Both the position numbers and the translations under genes were made by a program. Positions 1 to 10,480 of a DNA stretch of 64,000 nt are shown piece by piece (within the stretch, counting starts at the first letter, position 1; the number at the start of each line of letters is the position of its first letter). This DNA comes from Candidatus Omnitrophota bacterium (GTDB lineage Bacteria; Omnitrophota; Gorgyraeia; B26-G9; JBDRCZ01): NCBI GenBank assembly GCA_043821285.1, contig JBDRCZ010000051.1, positions 2,199-66,198 on the forward strand. Direction: 5' to 3'. The notes below the pieces were generated by a model. It searched no databases. It was not told the origin of the DNA and saw only the letters and a program-made list of their open reading frames with translations.

Positions 1-1335
1 TACGAAAATAAGAATAGACTTAAAGAGGCAATTCGCGAATATAAGAAAGCATTGTCTTATGACTATCGTTCAGCAACAATGCATATGCATTTGGGAGCGG
101 TTTACGTGAAATGTGCACAGATTTCAAACGCGGTTAATGAATTTGAGTTAGCTCTTAAGTTTGATCCGCAAAGTGAGCGGTCGCTGTTTCTCCTGGCAAT
201 ACTCTATGCCACCCAGGGCAGAACTGCCGATGCCATTTCGACTTATGAAAAATTAATTACCGTAAATCCCAGCCATCTCCATGGACTGATGAATTTGGCC
301 GATCTTTATGAGCAGCAGGGTAATGCGGAGAAAGCAATTCTTGTTTACGAAAATCTGACAAAGGAAGAAGGGTATCCTGGAATTGTCGCGTTTAATTTAG
401 GGATGCTTTATGGACGTATTGCTAAATACGATGAGGCGATATCTTGTTTGGAAAAGGCCGTAAATCTTAGCCCAAATTTCGCCCAGGCTTATTTAGGATT
501 GGGATTGATTTATGAGCTTAAAAATGAACTAAGTAAATCAGAACAGGCTTATGAAAAGGCAATTGCCTTAAGTCCAGACTCAACGTTTGCTTATCACCGC
601 CTGGCAATGGTCTATCAGCAATATAAATTATATGATCAGGCAAAAGAGCTATATGAAAAGATACTCACAATTAACCCGCAGGACTTAGATGGATATATCG
701 AACTTGCCCAGATATACTTCAAAGAGAAAAACGATGATGTGGCCATAGAAATATTAAATAAGGCGGAAAAACTAAATCTAAAAAGTGAACAGCTTTATTT
801 AATGCTCGGGATTTTATATACAGAAAAAAAAGAATATGAGAAAGCTAAAAAATATTATGAACAGGCATTGCAAATTAATCCCAAAGATGATATAATACTT
901 TTTTATTTTAGCGTATTTTATGATACGATAAATGAACGCGCGAAAGCCGTAGAATATTTAAAAGAGACTCTGAAGCTTAACCCCTATAATGCTACGGCTT
1001 GTAATTACCTGGGATATATATATGCCGAGGATGGGGTAAATCTCGATCAGGCGGTTGAATTAATAAAACGTGCGCTGGAGCAGGACCCGCAAAATGGGGC
1101 GTATGTGGACTCTTTAGGCTGGGTATATTTTAAGAAAGGAATGATTGAGGAGGCGGTTGTAGAATTAGAACGTGCGGTGCAATTGATCCCGGAAGATGCG
1201 ATTATCCGTGATCATTTGGGAGATGTTTATTATGAAAAGGGATTGAAGGATGAGGCGAAAGAACAATGGCAGAAATCTTTCGAACTTAATCCAGACCAGC
1301 CAAAAGTTAAACAAAAAATTGGAGAGCCTGAATAA
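1..1335 (+). CDS. TPR-repeat protein (5'-partial; frame is open to the window start, first in-window TTG at 52)
   Basis: The reading frame continues upstream of the ORF-track start (YENKNRLKEAIREYKKAL...). Repeated 34-aa TPR-like units (A..Y.KAL..NP....A...LG.IY). Confidence 0.7.
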   Translation, partial: YENKNRLKEAIREYKKALSYDYRSATMHMHLGAVYVKCAQISNAVNEFELALKFDPQSERSLFLLAILYATQGRTADAISTYEKLITVNPSHLHGLMNLADLYEQQGNAEKAILVYENLTKEEGYPGIVAFNLGMLYGRIAKYDEAISCLEKAVNLSPNFAQAYLGLGLIYELKNELSKSEQAYEKAIALSPDSTFAYHRLAMVYQQYKLYDQAKELYEKILTINPQDLDGYIELAQIYFKEKNDDVAIEILNKAEKLNLKSEQLYLMLGILYTEKKEYEKAKKYYEQALQINPKDDIILFYFSVFYDTINERAKAVEYLKETLKLNPYNATACNYLGYIYAEDGVNLDQAVELIKRALEQDPQNGAYVDSLGWVYFKKGMIEEAVVELERAVQLIPEDAIIRDHLGDVYYEKGLKDEAKEQWQKSFELNPDQPKVKQKIGEPE

Positions 1336-2160
1336 ATGAAAGAAAAAGTAAACTTCAAAGAACTCGAAAAAGCTGCCGGTCAAATACGCCGGAATATTTT
1401 ACAAATGCTTGAAAAAGCCGGCACCGGGCATCCCGGGGGTTCGCTGTCTTGTGTGGAACTTATGGTTGGACTCTATCTTGCTAAAATGCGCCATGACCCG
1501 AAAAATCCCTGCTGGGAGAATAGAGACCGATTTATTCTTTCAAAAGGACATGGTTGTCCCACATTATATGCGGCGCTTTCATATTGTGGTTATTTCCCGC
1601 ATGAAGAACTCTTGACTCTGCGCAGTTTTGGTTCACGCCTGCAAGGACATCCGGCCAGGTGTGTTGCTATGGGCATTGAGGTTTCCAGCGGCTCGCTTGG
1701 CCAAGGGTTATCAATCGCGAATGGCTTGTGTTTAGCCGCAAAAATGGATAAAAAACAAACACGGGTTTATTGCCTTATGGGTGACGGTGAGACTAATGAG
1801 GGACAGGTCTGGGAGGCGGCAATGACTGCGGCACATTATAAGCTGGATAATCTTTGCGCAATTATTGATTTTAATAACCAGCAGATTGATGGTTGGCTGA
1901 AAGACGTAAAAGATATGGAGCCATATGCGGAAAAATGGAAGGCATTTGCATGGCATGTGCTTGAAATTAATGGTCATGATTTTAACGAAATTTTGACAGC
2001 CTTTGACACTGCTGAACAGGTTAAAGATAAACCGACACTGATCCTTGCGCATACGATAAAAGGGAAAGGGGTTTCGTTTATGGAAAATAACCCGCATTGG
2101 CATGGCGTGGCCCCAAATAAAGATGAACTTAATCAGGCCTTGGCGGAGTTGAAGATTTAG
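1336..2160 (+). CDS. tktA_N: Transketolase, N-terminal (TPP-binding) subunit
   Basis: GHPGGSLS and the GDGE..EG TPP-binding motifs. The length matches the N-terminal half only. The C-terminal half is a separate gene at 5341. Confidence 0.85.
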   Translation: MKEKVNFKELEKAAGQIRRNILQMLEKAGTGHPGGSLSCVELMVGLYLAKMRHDPKNPCWENRDRFILSKGHGCPTLYAALSYCGYFPHEELLTLRSFGSRLQGHPARCVAMGIEVSSGSLGQGLSIANGLCLAAKMDKKQTRVYCLMGDGETNEGQVWEAAMTAAHYKLDNLCAIIDFNNQQIDGWLKDVKDMEPYAEKWKAFAWHVLEINGHDFNEILTAFDTAEQVKDKPTLILAHTIKGKGVSFMENNPHWHGVAPNKDELNQALAELKI

Positions 2161-2318
2161 GACAATATGGCGGGGCATTTAAAGGAAAATAGCTGAAGAT
2201 CCCGCCTCGCCGACTGTGGGGAAATTATTTGTCAATAATTTTCCCACAGTCGGTGGGATAAATTCCGACGATATAAGTTACCGTGCTTAAGCACGGTAAC
2301 TTATATCGTCATTTAAAG
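2161..2318 (+). repeat. Structured intergenic element, copy A (hairpin units each followed by GGGATAAATTC / TCATTTAAAG boxes)
   Basis: A near-perfect palindrome ccgactgtggggaaatt...aatttcccacagtcgg is followed by gggataaattccgac. A second perfect palindrome gacgatataagttaccgtgctt/aagcacggtaacttatatcgtc is followed by atttaaag. The same architecture occurs at 17207, 19526, 22121 and 27053. Confidence 0.7.
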
Positions 2319-2412
2319 TTTGAAAACCGCAGGTTTTCATATGACAACCTGAACGAGCCAGAAAAACCCTGATGATGTTTGGTTCAGGCTCGTGTAGGTT
2401 GAGGAGGACAAA

Positions 2413-4035
2413 ATGAAGTTTTTTCGAAAAATGATATTTTTTTGGCAGCAGAGCTGGGTAATTATTGTGGTAATTACGGTAATTACCGGGTTGATTACCT
2501 GGGCAGTAATTGGCTTAACGTCTTTGGAGTCTTTTTACCGGAATCAAATATTGGCGACAATGCCGGTCTGGATGCTTATTGGGATATTCCAGGGGATTGC
2601 ATTTGTTACGATGTATTGGTTTATCTTGTATGGCGGATTTACAAAGATTACTTCAAAAAAGATTAAGGCAAGAGACATTAATATTCGGTTTGATGATGTG
2701 ATTGGAATTGAGCAGGCAAAAACAGAGGCTTGGGAAATGGTTGAGCTGATTAAGGACCGGGCAAAGCTTAAAAAGATTGGCGGTAAAATTCTGCGCGGGA
2801 TACTTATGGTTGGCCCCCCCGGATGCGGTAAAACTTATCTGGCAAAAGCTATCTCTACCGAAGCAAAAGTGCCTTTTTTAGCCATGGCCTCTAGTGAGTT
2901 TAATGAGGTTTTTGTTGGCGTGGGCGCAAGCAGAATAAGAAAATTATTCCGGCAGGCGCGCATGCTGGCTTATGCCCATGGGGCATGTATTATCTTTATT
3001 GACGAATTAGACGCGATTGGCCGGTCAAGAACTTTTAGTTTTTTAGGCGGAAGTGAAACAAATGCCACCCAGAACCAGCTGCTCGTGGAAATGGATGGTT
3101 TAAAAGAAAAAGATTATAATGTTATTGTTATCGGGGCAACTAATGCTGCAGAAAATGTGCTTGACCTGGCGCTGCTAAGACCCGGGAGATTTGACCGGAA
3201 GATTTATATCCACTTGCCTAATCTTGAAGGCCGGGAAAAATTGTTTCAATACTATTTAAGCAAGGTAAAATATGACCCTTCCATAGATATTGGGCGGCTG
3301 GCGCGTAAAGCCGTGTATAAAAGCCCGGCGGATATTGAAAATATCATCAAAGAAGCCGCGCTTATTGCCACGCGTTATAAGAAAGATATTGTCAGCTATA
3401 AAGAAATAACCGAGGCCATGGAACGTATTGATATGGGAATAAAACATAAGCGTAATCTTACCCCGCAGGAACGGGAGATGGTTGCTTATCACGAATCCGG
3501 ACATTTGTTAGTGCTTTATATATTGCATCCTACAGATGATGTGTTTAAAGCTTCAATTGTTTCAAGAGGCGCGGCTTTGGGAGTAGTGCATCATCAGCCG
3601 CGTGAAGAATTATTTACCTATAGCCGGGAAAGGGTACTCGCAGAAATAAAAGTTGCTTTAGGGGGATATATTGCCGAAAGACTGCAATGTGGGGTAACTT
3701 CTACCGGTGTTTCCAGTGATTTCAAACAAGCCATGCACTGGGCACATGATATGGTATGGATGTATGGTATGGGTATTGGCGGATATGTGGGTGATTATAC
3801 ACTTATCGATAAATCGGAGATTTCGGAAAAAATAAAAGAAAAATTGAATGAGGAAAGTAATCAGATTTTAAGGCAGTGTCTCAAAGAAGTAGAAGAGCTG
3901 TTAGTGCGGGAAAAGACACTGCTTGACCGATTTGCTAAGGAGCTGCTCGCCCGGGATGAGTTGGAATACGATGAAATCGAGGCAATTTTTGCGGAATATG
4001 GTAAAAGCAATATCCGCAGTAAAATTACGGTGTAA
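2413..4035 (+). CDS. FtsH-like membrane AAA+ ATP-dependent zinc metalloprotease (short N-terminal paralog)
   Basis: Two N-terminal TM helices. Walker A GPPGCGKT, Walker B IIFIDELD, second region of homology, and an HESGH zinc motif. Confidence 0.85.
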   Translation: MKFFRKMIFFWQQSWVIIVVITVITGLITWAVIGLTSLESFYRNQILATMPVWMLIGIFQGIAFVTMYWFILYGGFTKITSKKIKARDINIRFDDVIGIEQAKTEAWEMVELIKDRAKLKKIGGKILRGILMVGPPGCGKTYLAKAISTEAKVPFLAMASSEFNEVFVGVGASRIRKLFRQARMLAYAHGACIIFIDELDAIGRSRTFSFLGGSETNATQNQLLVEMDGLKEKDYNVIVIGATNAAENVLDLALLRPGRFDRKIYIHLPNLEGREKLFQYYLSKVKYDPSIDIGRLARKAVYKSPADIENIIKEAALIATRYKKDIVSYKEITEAMERIDMGIKHKRNLTPQEREMVAYHESGHLLVLYILHPTDDVFKASIVSRGAALGVVHHQPREELFTYSRERVLAEIKVALGGYIAERLQCGVTSTGVSSDFKQAMHWAHDMVWMYGMGIGGYVGDYTLIDKSEISEKIKEKLNEESNQILRQCLKEVEELLVREKTLLDRFAKELLARDELEYDEIEAIFAEYGKSNIRSKITV

Positions 4036-4081
4036 AAAATCGCACCAGGGGTCTCCACTGCGTATACCGGGGGGGAGATTT

Positions 4082-5344
4082 GTGCAAATAGCCGCGATAA
4101 TTATTGTTTTATCATTTTGTAAATGCGCGCCAGGGCCGACCTATCATCAAGATAAGATTGCCGAATCAATAAAAGAAATTTGCCGGAAAGAATACAATAT
4201 CAATGTGTGCGCAAAAATTATTGGTAAAACGATTGGCGTGTATATTCCCTTAGAGAGATTATTTGACGAAAACTTAAATATTGACCAGCAAATTTCGCAA
4301 AAAATCGATGATGTGATTTTAGGCACATCAAGAGTATTGCTCAGTTCCGATACCGAGCTTGATTTTTATCAGGTGGTTGCCGCGGATACGGCACAAATCG
4401 CCGCTGAACTGGTGATGATCCGTTATATTCCAGACATTAAAAAAATTTATTGCGGCAGTATCTCCCGCGATGAATATACCAAACGCATGCTCTGGGAGGT
4501 AAAGATAAATACCCAGATACTCGCGCGCAAAAGGGTGGAAGAATTGTTTCATATGATGCCGACGGGGAATAGTGATAAGATTATTGCGGATTTTTTTGTA
4601 CGAAAACCAAAAGTTAGTCTGGAGGCGATGATTTTTTTCCGGACGCTCAAAGAGTTAGCGATGAAAAAAAACATTGAATATAAGATTTTGAAAATTAAAT
4701 CGAGAGCAATTGATAAAAATAAAATACTGGTTTATTGCCGCGTATTTGAGGACTATACGCCAAAAACAGGATTTATGGATTATGATTTTTTGTCCCCGCG
4801 GCAATTTTATAACGAATATCTATCATTAGTCATGATAAACAGAGGCGCGGCGACAATTGACCAGATTTATTCCCTTTATCATCGAAGCGAAGGCCGTCAG
4901 ATTCGCCGCTTCCCGGACCAGTATATTACCATGAATAATATCGATGAATGGCTGGAGACAGATTTTGTTTTTTCCGATATGACCACCGGAGATTTTTTGG
5001 CGAAACAGATTTTGAAAAGAATAAAGGATGATTTAATCGAAAATTTTGAAGTTAGTTTTTTACAGGGATATTTTGATCAGGAGAAAAAGAACTTCATTTT
5101 TTTATTAAGCGCAAAAAGTAAAAAACCGGATCTTTTGTTTGGGGAAACCGGGATTAACCATGTTATCGATTTAATTAGTAATTTGTTATATAGTTATGAG
5201 TTTTCGGATTACCAGACGCTCTATCTAACGGATATTTCGGAAAATAAGGAATTAGTCATCAGCCGGGAAGATTTGGAACAGAGGGAATTAGATAAAATGA
5301 ATGTGATAAGGAAATTTTTTATAAAAAAAGGGAAAAAAAGATGA
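4082..5344 (+). CDS. Hypothetical lipoprotein-like protein (GTG start proposed at 4082)
   Basis: The ORF-track start at 3923 overlaps ftsH. A GGGGGAGA RBS precedes GTG 4082, which is followed by the hydrophobic IAAIIIVLSFCKC signal with a lipobox-like Cys. No recognisable domain. Confidence 0.5.
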   Translation: MQIAAIIIVLSFCKCAPGPTYHQDKIAESIKEICRKEYNINVCAKIIGKTIGVYIPLERLFDENLNIDQQISQKIDDVILGTSRVLLSSDTELDFYQVVAADTAQIAAELVMIRYIPDIKKIYCGSISRDEYTKRMLWEVKINTQILARKRVEELFHMMPTGNSDKIIADFFVRKPKVSLEAMIFFRTLKELAMKKNIEYKILKIKSRAIDKNKILVYCRVFEDYTPKTGFMDYDFLSPRQFYNEYLSLVMINRGAATIDQIYSLYHRSEGRQIRRFPDQYITMNNIDEWLETDFVFSDMTTGDFLAKQILKRIKDDLIENFEVSFLQGYFDQEKKNFIFLLSAKSKKPDLLFGETGINHVIDLISNLLYSYEFSDYQTLYLTDISENKELVISREDLEQRELDKMNVIRKFFIKKGKKR

Positions 5345-6297
5345 TTGTTGAAAAACCAACACGGGACGGATTTGGTGAGGGGCTTTTGGAATTAGGCGAA
5401 ACAAATAAGGATGTGGTAGTATTGACCGCGGATTTATCGGCTTCGGTAAGGGCACAATGGTTTATGGATAAATATCCCCTGCGCAGTTTTAAATTAGGGG
5501 TGGCCGAACAGGACATGATTGGCACGGCCGCGGGGCTTAGCCTTGGAGGCAAAATCCCATTTGCCGGTACATTTGGAGTTTTTGCCAGCGGCCGGGCATG
5601 GGATCAATTAAGGGTTTCGGTATGCTATATGAACCTGAATGTTAATATTGCCGCCAGCCATGGCGGTATTTCTGTAGGTGAAGACGGGGCAACGCATCAG
5701 GCGCTCGAAGATATAACGTTAATGCGTGCCTTACCGAATATGACGGTAGTTGTTCCTTGTGATGCTCTGGAGGCAAAAAAGGCAACTATTGCCAGTGCAA
5801 GTTATCCCGGACCGGTATATTTACGGCTGGGGAAACAAAAGGTTCCTTTTATGACTTCACCAGAGGCAATTTTTAACATTGGTAAGGCAGATATATTGCG
5901 GACGGGAAAGGATATAACAATTTTTGCCTGTGGTCTTATGGTCGCTGAAGCATTGAAAGCAGGGGAGTTATTGACCAAGAAAGGCATTGATGCGCGGATT
6001 ATTAATATGCATACCATAAGCCCGATAGATATTCAGGCGATAATCGATGCGGCTCAAGAAACCCGGGCCATTGTTACCATAGAAGAGCATAGTTTAACCG
6101 GAGGACTCGGGTCGGCGGTTGCCGAGGTTGTTGTCGAAAGGTGCCCGGTACCGATGAAAATGATTGGTATTCGATCGCAATTTGGCCAATCCGGCAAGCC
6201 GCTGGTTTTACTAAAAGAGTACGGCTTAACCGCCGAGGACATAAAAAATACGATCATTGGTTTTTTAGAGACGGTTAAACCGAATTATTCCCTGTAG
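5341..6297 (+). CDS. tktA_C: Transketolase, C-terminal (pyrimidine-binding) subunit
   Basis: Pyr and C-terminal transketolase domains (GLSLGGKIPF..., EDGATHQ, HTISPID). Its stop-start overlaps the upstream gene. Confidence 0.85.
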   Translation: MIVEKPTRDGFGEGLLELGETNKDVVVLTADLSASVRAQWFMDKYPLRSFKLGVAEQDMIGTAAGLSLGGKIPFAGTFGVFASGRAWDQLRVSVCYMNLNVNIAASHGGISVGEDGATHQALEDITLMRALPNMTVVVPCDALEAKKATIASASYPGPVYLRLGKQKVPFMTSPEAIFNIGKADILRTGKDITIFACGLMVAEALKAGELLTKKGIDARIINMHTISPIDIQAIIDAAQETRAIVTIEEHSLTGGLGSAVAEVVVERCPVPMKMIGIRSQFGQSGKPLVLLKEYGLTAEDIKNTIIGFLETVKPNYSL

Positions 6298-6317
6298 CAA
6301 ACTAGTGCACTGTGACA

Positions 6318-6941
6318 TTAATTTTTGATATTATCATAGAATATAGAGAATTTCTCACGAGCCTTGTTCTTTGTAAACTGCCAAGAGATTGTAATCTTTT
6401 TTTGGTTCCGTTGTTTTGTCCAAGGATAAACTTCATCGGCTAATTTTTTTATGTTTGCGATACGCCGGTCAAGACACTGCTTTGATAGCGCCGACAACTC
6501 AATCTCGGCCATATTCAGCCAGCTGGCTTTCTTGGGAGTATAGGCCATTTCAAAGCGTTGCGATAACACAAAGGTCTCAGGCGCGTCAAAAAGTTCGTAA
6601 AACGAAGAAGGATTATGCGTGTTAAGATTATCCTGAACCAAAATAATCTTATCGGCATCGGGATAATGTGACGCTACATCTTTCATAAAATCAGCATAAT
6701 CTTTCTTAGTCTTGCGTTCTGTGACTTTAACAATACGCTTACCGGCTAAAGGTTCAACAGCCATAAGCACAGCACATGTTCCGTTGCGCTCATAATGATA
6801 GTCCTGACGCTCAACGCATCCTGTTTTCATGGGAATTGGCATCATAACATCACCCAACAACTGACAGGGGCGTTCGTCAAAACAGACAACTGGCCTTTTC
6901 GGATTATAAGGTTGTTCATAAATGTCCAAAACCTGCTCCAT
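6318..6941 (-). pseudogene. IS630 transposase, C-terminal DDE fragment
   Basis: DDE_3-like motifs. It lacks its own N-terminal DNA-binding domain. Confidence 0.7.
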
Positions 6942-7120
6942 CCGCCAGAGATAATCGGCGGTGATGGTTGTAACACACCATTGTTTCTTTAGGTGAGGCT
7001 TAAGTTCGTTTTTTTAAAGTTCTCTCAATGGTTTTATAAGAAATGTTATTAACAAAATTTAACTTGGAATTCTCCGCCCCTTGGGGCGTGGAATGGCGAA
7101 GTTATAAAAAAAGTTCCTTA

Positions 7121-7558
7121 TTATCGGCGAAGCGTAGCGAAGTCGACGTGATGCCCCGCTCCCTTGGGGCGGGGAGAGTTCATTTCAACGACTTTATCGG
7201 CTAAAAGACGCAGACTCCACCTGCAGTGTTCTTGGGGAGCTTTTGAACATGCCAGGGCTGTAATCTGTGCCAGTTGCTTACCGCTGAACTTATTGGGGGC
7301 GCCAGGCCGAGGCTGTTCATATATTGCTGCATTAATTCCTTCTTTTGTATATCGCTGGCGTACTTGGCGAACGGTATTTCGGACTAATCCCAGCGCTTTG
7401 ATGATTCCGCTGTCAGTTTCGCCCTTATCCGCTAACAGTAATATTCGGCACCGAGTTAATGTGCGTGCTTTTTCTTTACCTTTTACCAAAGACCATGAGC
7501 TAGGCTTAAGGGAACAGAGCAATCTTTCAGCAGTCCCTTGAAGGTGTAGAAGACCCAA
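7121..7558 (-). pseudogene. IS630 transposase, N-terminal HTH fragment
   Basis: Transposase HTH_Tnp_IS630-like segment (LLLADKGETDSGIIKALGLVRNTVRQVRQRYTKEG). Confidence 0.65.
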
Positions 7559-7991
7559 GACTTCTTCTTACCATCTTTGCTCGTGGAGGTAAAAACCCAA
7601 CACTTATGCGGATAATGTTTTTTGATGAGTTTCACCAGCTCATCCTGCTGGCTCCAGCAGTGTTTCCGCTTTAGCGGATGGTAAAAGAAGATGTTACGAT
7701 TGGACTTTAATTCACCAATGAAGGGCAGTTTTTTATGGGAGAGAACAAACTTAAGGAATTCAGAGGACTGAGCATACTAGGCACCAATGACCAGGGAAGA
7801 GAATTTTATTTTTCTATGTAAGGCATTATCGACTAATATTCGGGCAAGATCGAGCTTACTTTTAAAATCTACATCCTCTTTGCCAAATAAGAACTCCTCT
7901 GCGGGGAGATAAGATTTAAAGTTTATCGGGAAGCGTTTGGTTTTGGAGGCGAAGGCAGAGAAGACAGCAACATTACAGATTTCTTCACGAT

Positions 7992-8363
7992 TTAAGACAC
8001 CACAGTGTTGACGTTTAGCGCCGGCGTAGCTTTAGCAAAAGGCTTAGGAGAAGAAGTATCATCGATAACTAAGACGCCGGAGGAAGTAGCAGAAGTAGTT
8101 CTTTGATGTTCAATAATTTTTAACCTTATATTGTTAAGATCATTGCTACTCCATTTTGCTTCAGATAAGAAGTACTGACAAGCATGATAGTTGATTGGGG
8201 TTTTAGAGGCGAGGGCATAAAGGGAATTTCTCTTGTAGTCTTTAAACAAAGCATAGATAAGGAAGGAGAAAACGATAAATTGTTTTTTTGAGAAGGCAGG
8301 TTTAAAACGAAATAAGAAATTATTGATTACCGAAATAGTGAGATTAAAAATACCCATATCCAC
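7992..8363 (-). pseudogene. IS701/IS4-like transposase, N-terminal fragment; the remainder is decayed
   Basis: The N-terminal motif ACQYFLSEAKWSSNDLN resembles the IS701-family HxFLS(D/E)SPW box. No intact downstream DDE ORF lies between 7560 and 7990. Confidence 0.5.
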
Positions 8364-8565
8364 CTCCTGTTGTGTGTTACGGTAGTTTAGTTACAACTAT
8401 ATACCATAGCAGGAGTTGTGGATATTGTTAAGGGAAAAATTAACGTAACACATTGAAATTACATAAGTTATTAGTTTTCACGACTTACGTTAAAAGATTT
8501 TTTGAAAAAGCTTAAATTTTAACAAAGTACTAGAAGTACAGAAGGTACCACAGCTTATTTCCTAA

Positions 8566-8913
8566 GGGATTGAATGGAAAAAATCCTTATCTGAAATAAA
8601 AGATATAATAAAAACGGTATCGGTTTTTTCCAATACCGAAGGTGGAAGAATGCTAATTGGATTATCGGAAACAGGCACTGTTGCTGGTGTAGAAATTGGC
8701 AAAGGCACAATAGAAAACATTACCAATCTAATTTCACAGCATACTGAACCTAAAATCCATCCACGAATTATTGTAAAAACAACTGGCGGTAAGGATATCA
8801 TTATAATTGACGTAACAAAATCACATGACAGCCCTGTTTTAGCTGACGGAATTTCTTATATACGAGTTGGTAAGTCAAGCATGAAAATGTCGAAGCACGG
8901 AGAAAAACTTTAA
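8566..8913 (+). pseudogene. AlbA_2 (Schlafen-like, ATP-dependent DNA-binding) domain fragment, truncated at both ends
   Basis: The in-frame stretch SEIKDIIKTVSVFSNTEGGRMLIGLSETGTVAGVEIG matches the AlbA_2 N-terminal consensus. It has no start codon upstream (stop at 8563) and ends after about 115 codons. Confidence 0.5.
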
Positions 8914-9157
8914 TTGCTTTTTTTAAGAACAAATCAGATAAATTGCATGTATTAATTACTACGGCGTATTAATAAAACTGTTTCAATACACAATACACAA
9001 TACTCAATACAATCTTCTAAACGACACGGCGGGCAGGCGATACAAAAAAATAAAATAAAATTATCACACAGAGGCACAGGGCACACGGAGAAAAACGTTT
9101 GAACTACGTATTGCGGATTTTGTGTAAAAACAGATAAGAAGAGAATAAAAGGAAAAA

Positions 9158-10480
9158 ATGCTATTAAAAGTATGGGTAGCAATTATATTAGTTATGACAA
9201 TTGTGGCAAGTACGGTTTTTTGTGCTGAAAGGATAGATGTTAGCCAATTAGAAGAGCAGAGCGAGATTTATTTTAGCCGGGATGACTATGATGGGTTTAT
9301 AGAGTATTTAAACAGCATAGATATAACAAAGGAAAACATATTAGCTGCCTATCGTAACTATTATCTGGCATTAACCTATATGAAAAAAATAGAATATTTG
9401 GACAAAAGAGAGGATTGGGAACGTTTTTATAAAGTCAAAGGTAAATATTGCAAAGAGGTTTCTAATCTTACTATACAGTTTTCATCATTGTCCGCATCTG
9501 AGGAATTAATTATTGATTTTTTATATCTAAATTGGGCTATCCATGAAAAAGCCGAATATCGAGAATATGCCGCTCAAGCATTTACGAAACTAAAGAAAAG
9601 ATTATTTGACTATGCAATTAGTACCGGTGATTATAAAAAACTTAAAGAAATAGCTGATCGAATAGAGTCAGAAATTGGTGGGAATTTTTCTTCGAAATTT
9701 TTTCAGAAATATATTATGCAGCTTGTTAAAGTGGATGATTATAATAAGGTATTTGCAATAATATTTTCTTTTTCCAAAGAACGGTTTGAAAAGTCCGACT
9801 TTACTGCTTCAAGTTTTGCAGATGAGAAATTATTGGAATTGTCACAACAAATTTATGATATAGATAAACAGATTAGTTTAGCAAATAGTATCGCAGAAAA
9901 GTATTTAGATCGCAATGAATTTTATTATTATGATTCATTTTATAGGCAGTACTTAACTTTACTCTTAAAAAAAGGGAAGGAAGAAGAATTCTATAATGCT
10001 GTACAAAAGGCTATTGATGTATTTGATAGTTCACCGACAAGAAATTCCCAACTGGCAAGAATATATTATAGTATGCTTTTAAATCACACCCCCAAAGAAT
10101 CAGTCTCTTTTACTGTTCTTTATGCCTCAGCTCGTGCTTCGTTGAGGTCAGGAGAATTTGAGGAAGCAATAGGGGAATTTGGGGAAATTATAGAACTTTT
10201 CCCTTCGCACAAAAATATTGCCGATTGCTACTTTCAGATTGCAAACGCTTATTTTTATCTTGAAAAATATGAAAAGGCTGCTGAAAATTTATCAATTATT
10301 GTTGAAAAATTCCCTGAAACAAGTATAGCGGAAGAGGCATTATATTTACTTGGTATTGCAAAAATAAAAGAGAAAAAATATTCCGATGCCTTACACAACT
10401 TTGAAAATTTTTTAATAATATATCCCGAAAGTGTTAGAAATGATAAAGTAATGAAAAAGGTTATGGAGATAAAAAAGTGA
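9158..10480 (+). CDS. Secreted TPR-like repeat protein
   Basis: N-terminal signal peptide. C-terminal TPR-like helices (YFQIANAYFYLEKYEKAAENL...). Confidence 0.55.
   Translation: MLLKVWVAIILVMTIVASTVFCAERIDVSQLEEQSEIYFSRDDYDGFIEYLNSIDITKENILAAYRNYYLALTYMKKIEYLDKREDWERFYKVKGKYCKEVSNLTIQFSSLSASEELIIDFLYLNWAIHEKAEYREYAAQAFTKLKKRLFDYAISTGDYKKLKEIADRIESEIGGNFSSKFFQKYIMQLVKVDDYNKVFAIIFSFSKERFEKSDFTASSFADEKLLELSQQIYDIDKQISLANSIAEKYLDRNEFYYYDSFYRQYLTLLLKKGKEEEFYNAVQKAIDVFDSSPTRNSQLARIYYSMLLNHTPKESVSFTVLYASARASLRSGEFEEAIGEFGEIIELFPSHKNIADCYFQIANAYFYLEKYEKAAENLSIIVEKFPETSIAEEALYLLGIAKIKEKKYSDALHNFENFLIIYPESVRNDKVMKKVMEIKK

Larger units (their letters stand above)
6318..7558 (-). mobile_element. IS630-family insertion sequence remnant; the transposase is split into an HTH part (7121-7558) and a DDE part (6318-6941) by about 180 bp
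   Basis: N-terminal HTH/CENP-B-like region. The C-terminal DDE region reads LVQDNLNTH...WLNMAEIE, which is typical of IS630/Tc1. The gap at 6942-7120 carries two copies of ccgccccttggggcg. Confidence 0.75.

Noticed and set aside
1165-1383. Numerous 60-140-aa ORFs on the strand opposite to well-supported genes (e.g. 1165-1383, 1732-2178, 3256-3504, 12808-13068, 18011-18304, 19004-19243, 23987-24300, 28217-28600, 60667-61115)
   Set aside because: They lie fully inside conserved genes on the other strand and have low-complexity or Phe/Leu-rich composition typical of antisense reading of AT-rich codons. No RBS or motif support.
7164-7541. Plus-strand ORF 7164-7541 overlapping the IS630 HTH fragment
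   Set aside because: Opposite strand of a recognisable transposase segment. Arg/Ser-rich translation with no motif.
8400-9160. CRISPR array or other regularly spaced repeats in the accessory region
   Set aside because: No direct repeats with uniform spacers are found. Repeats in this window are dispersed palindromic modules, not arrays.
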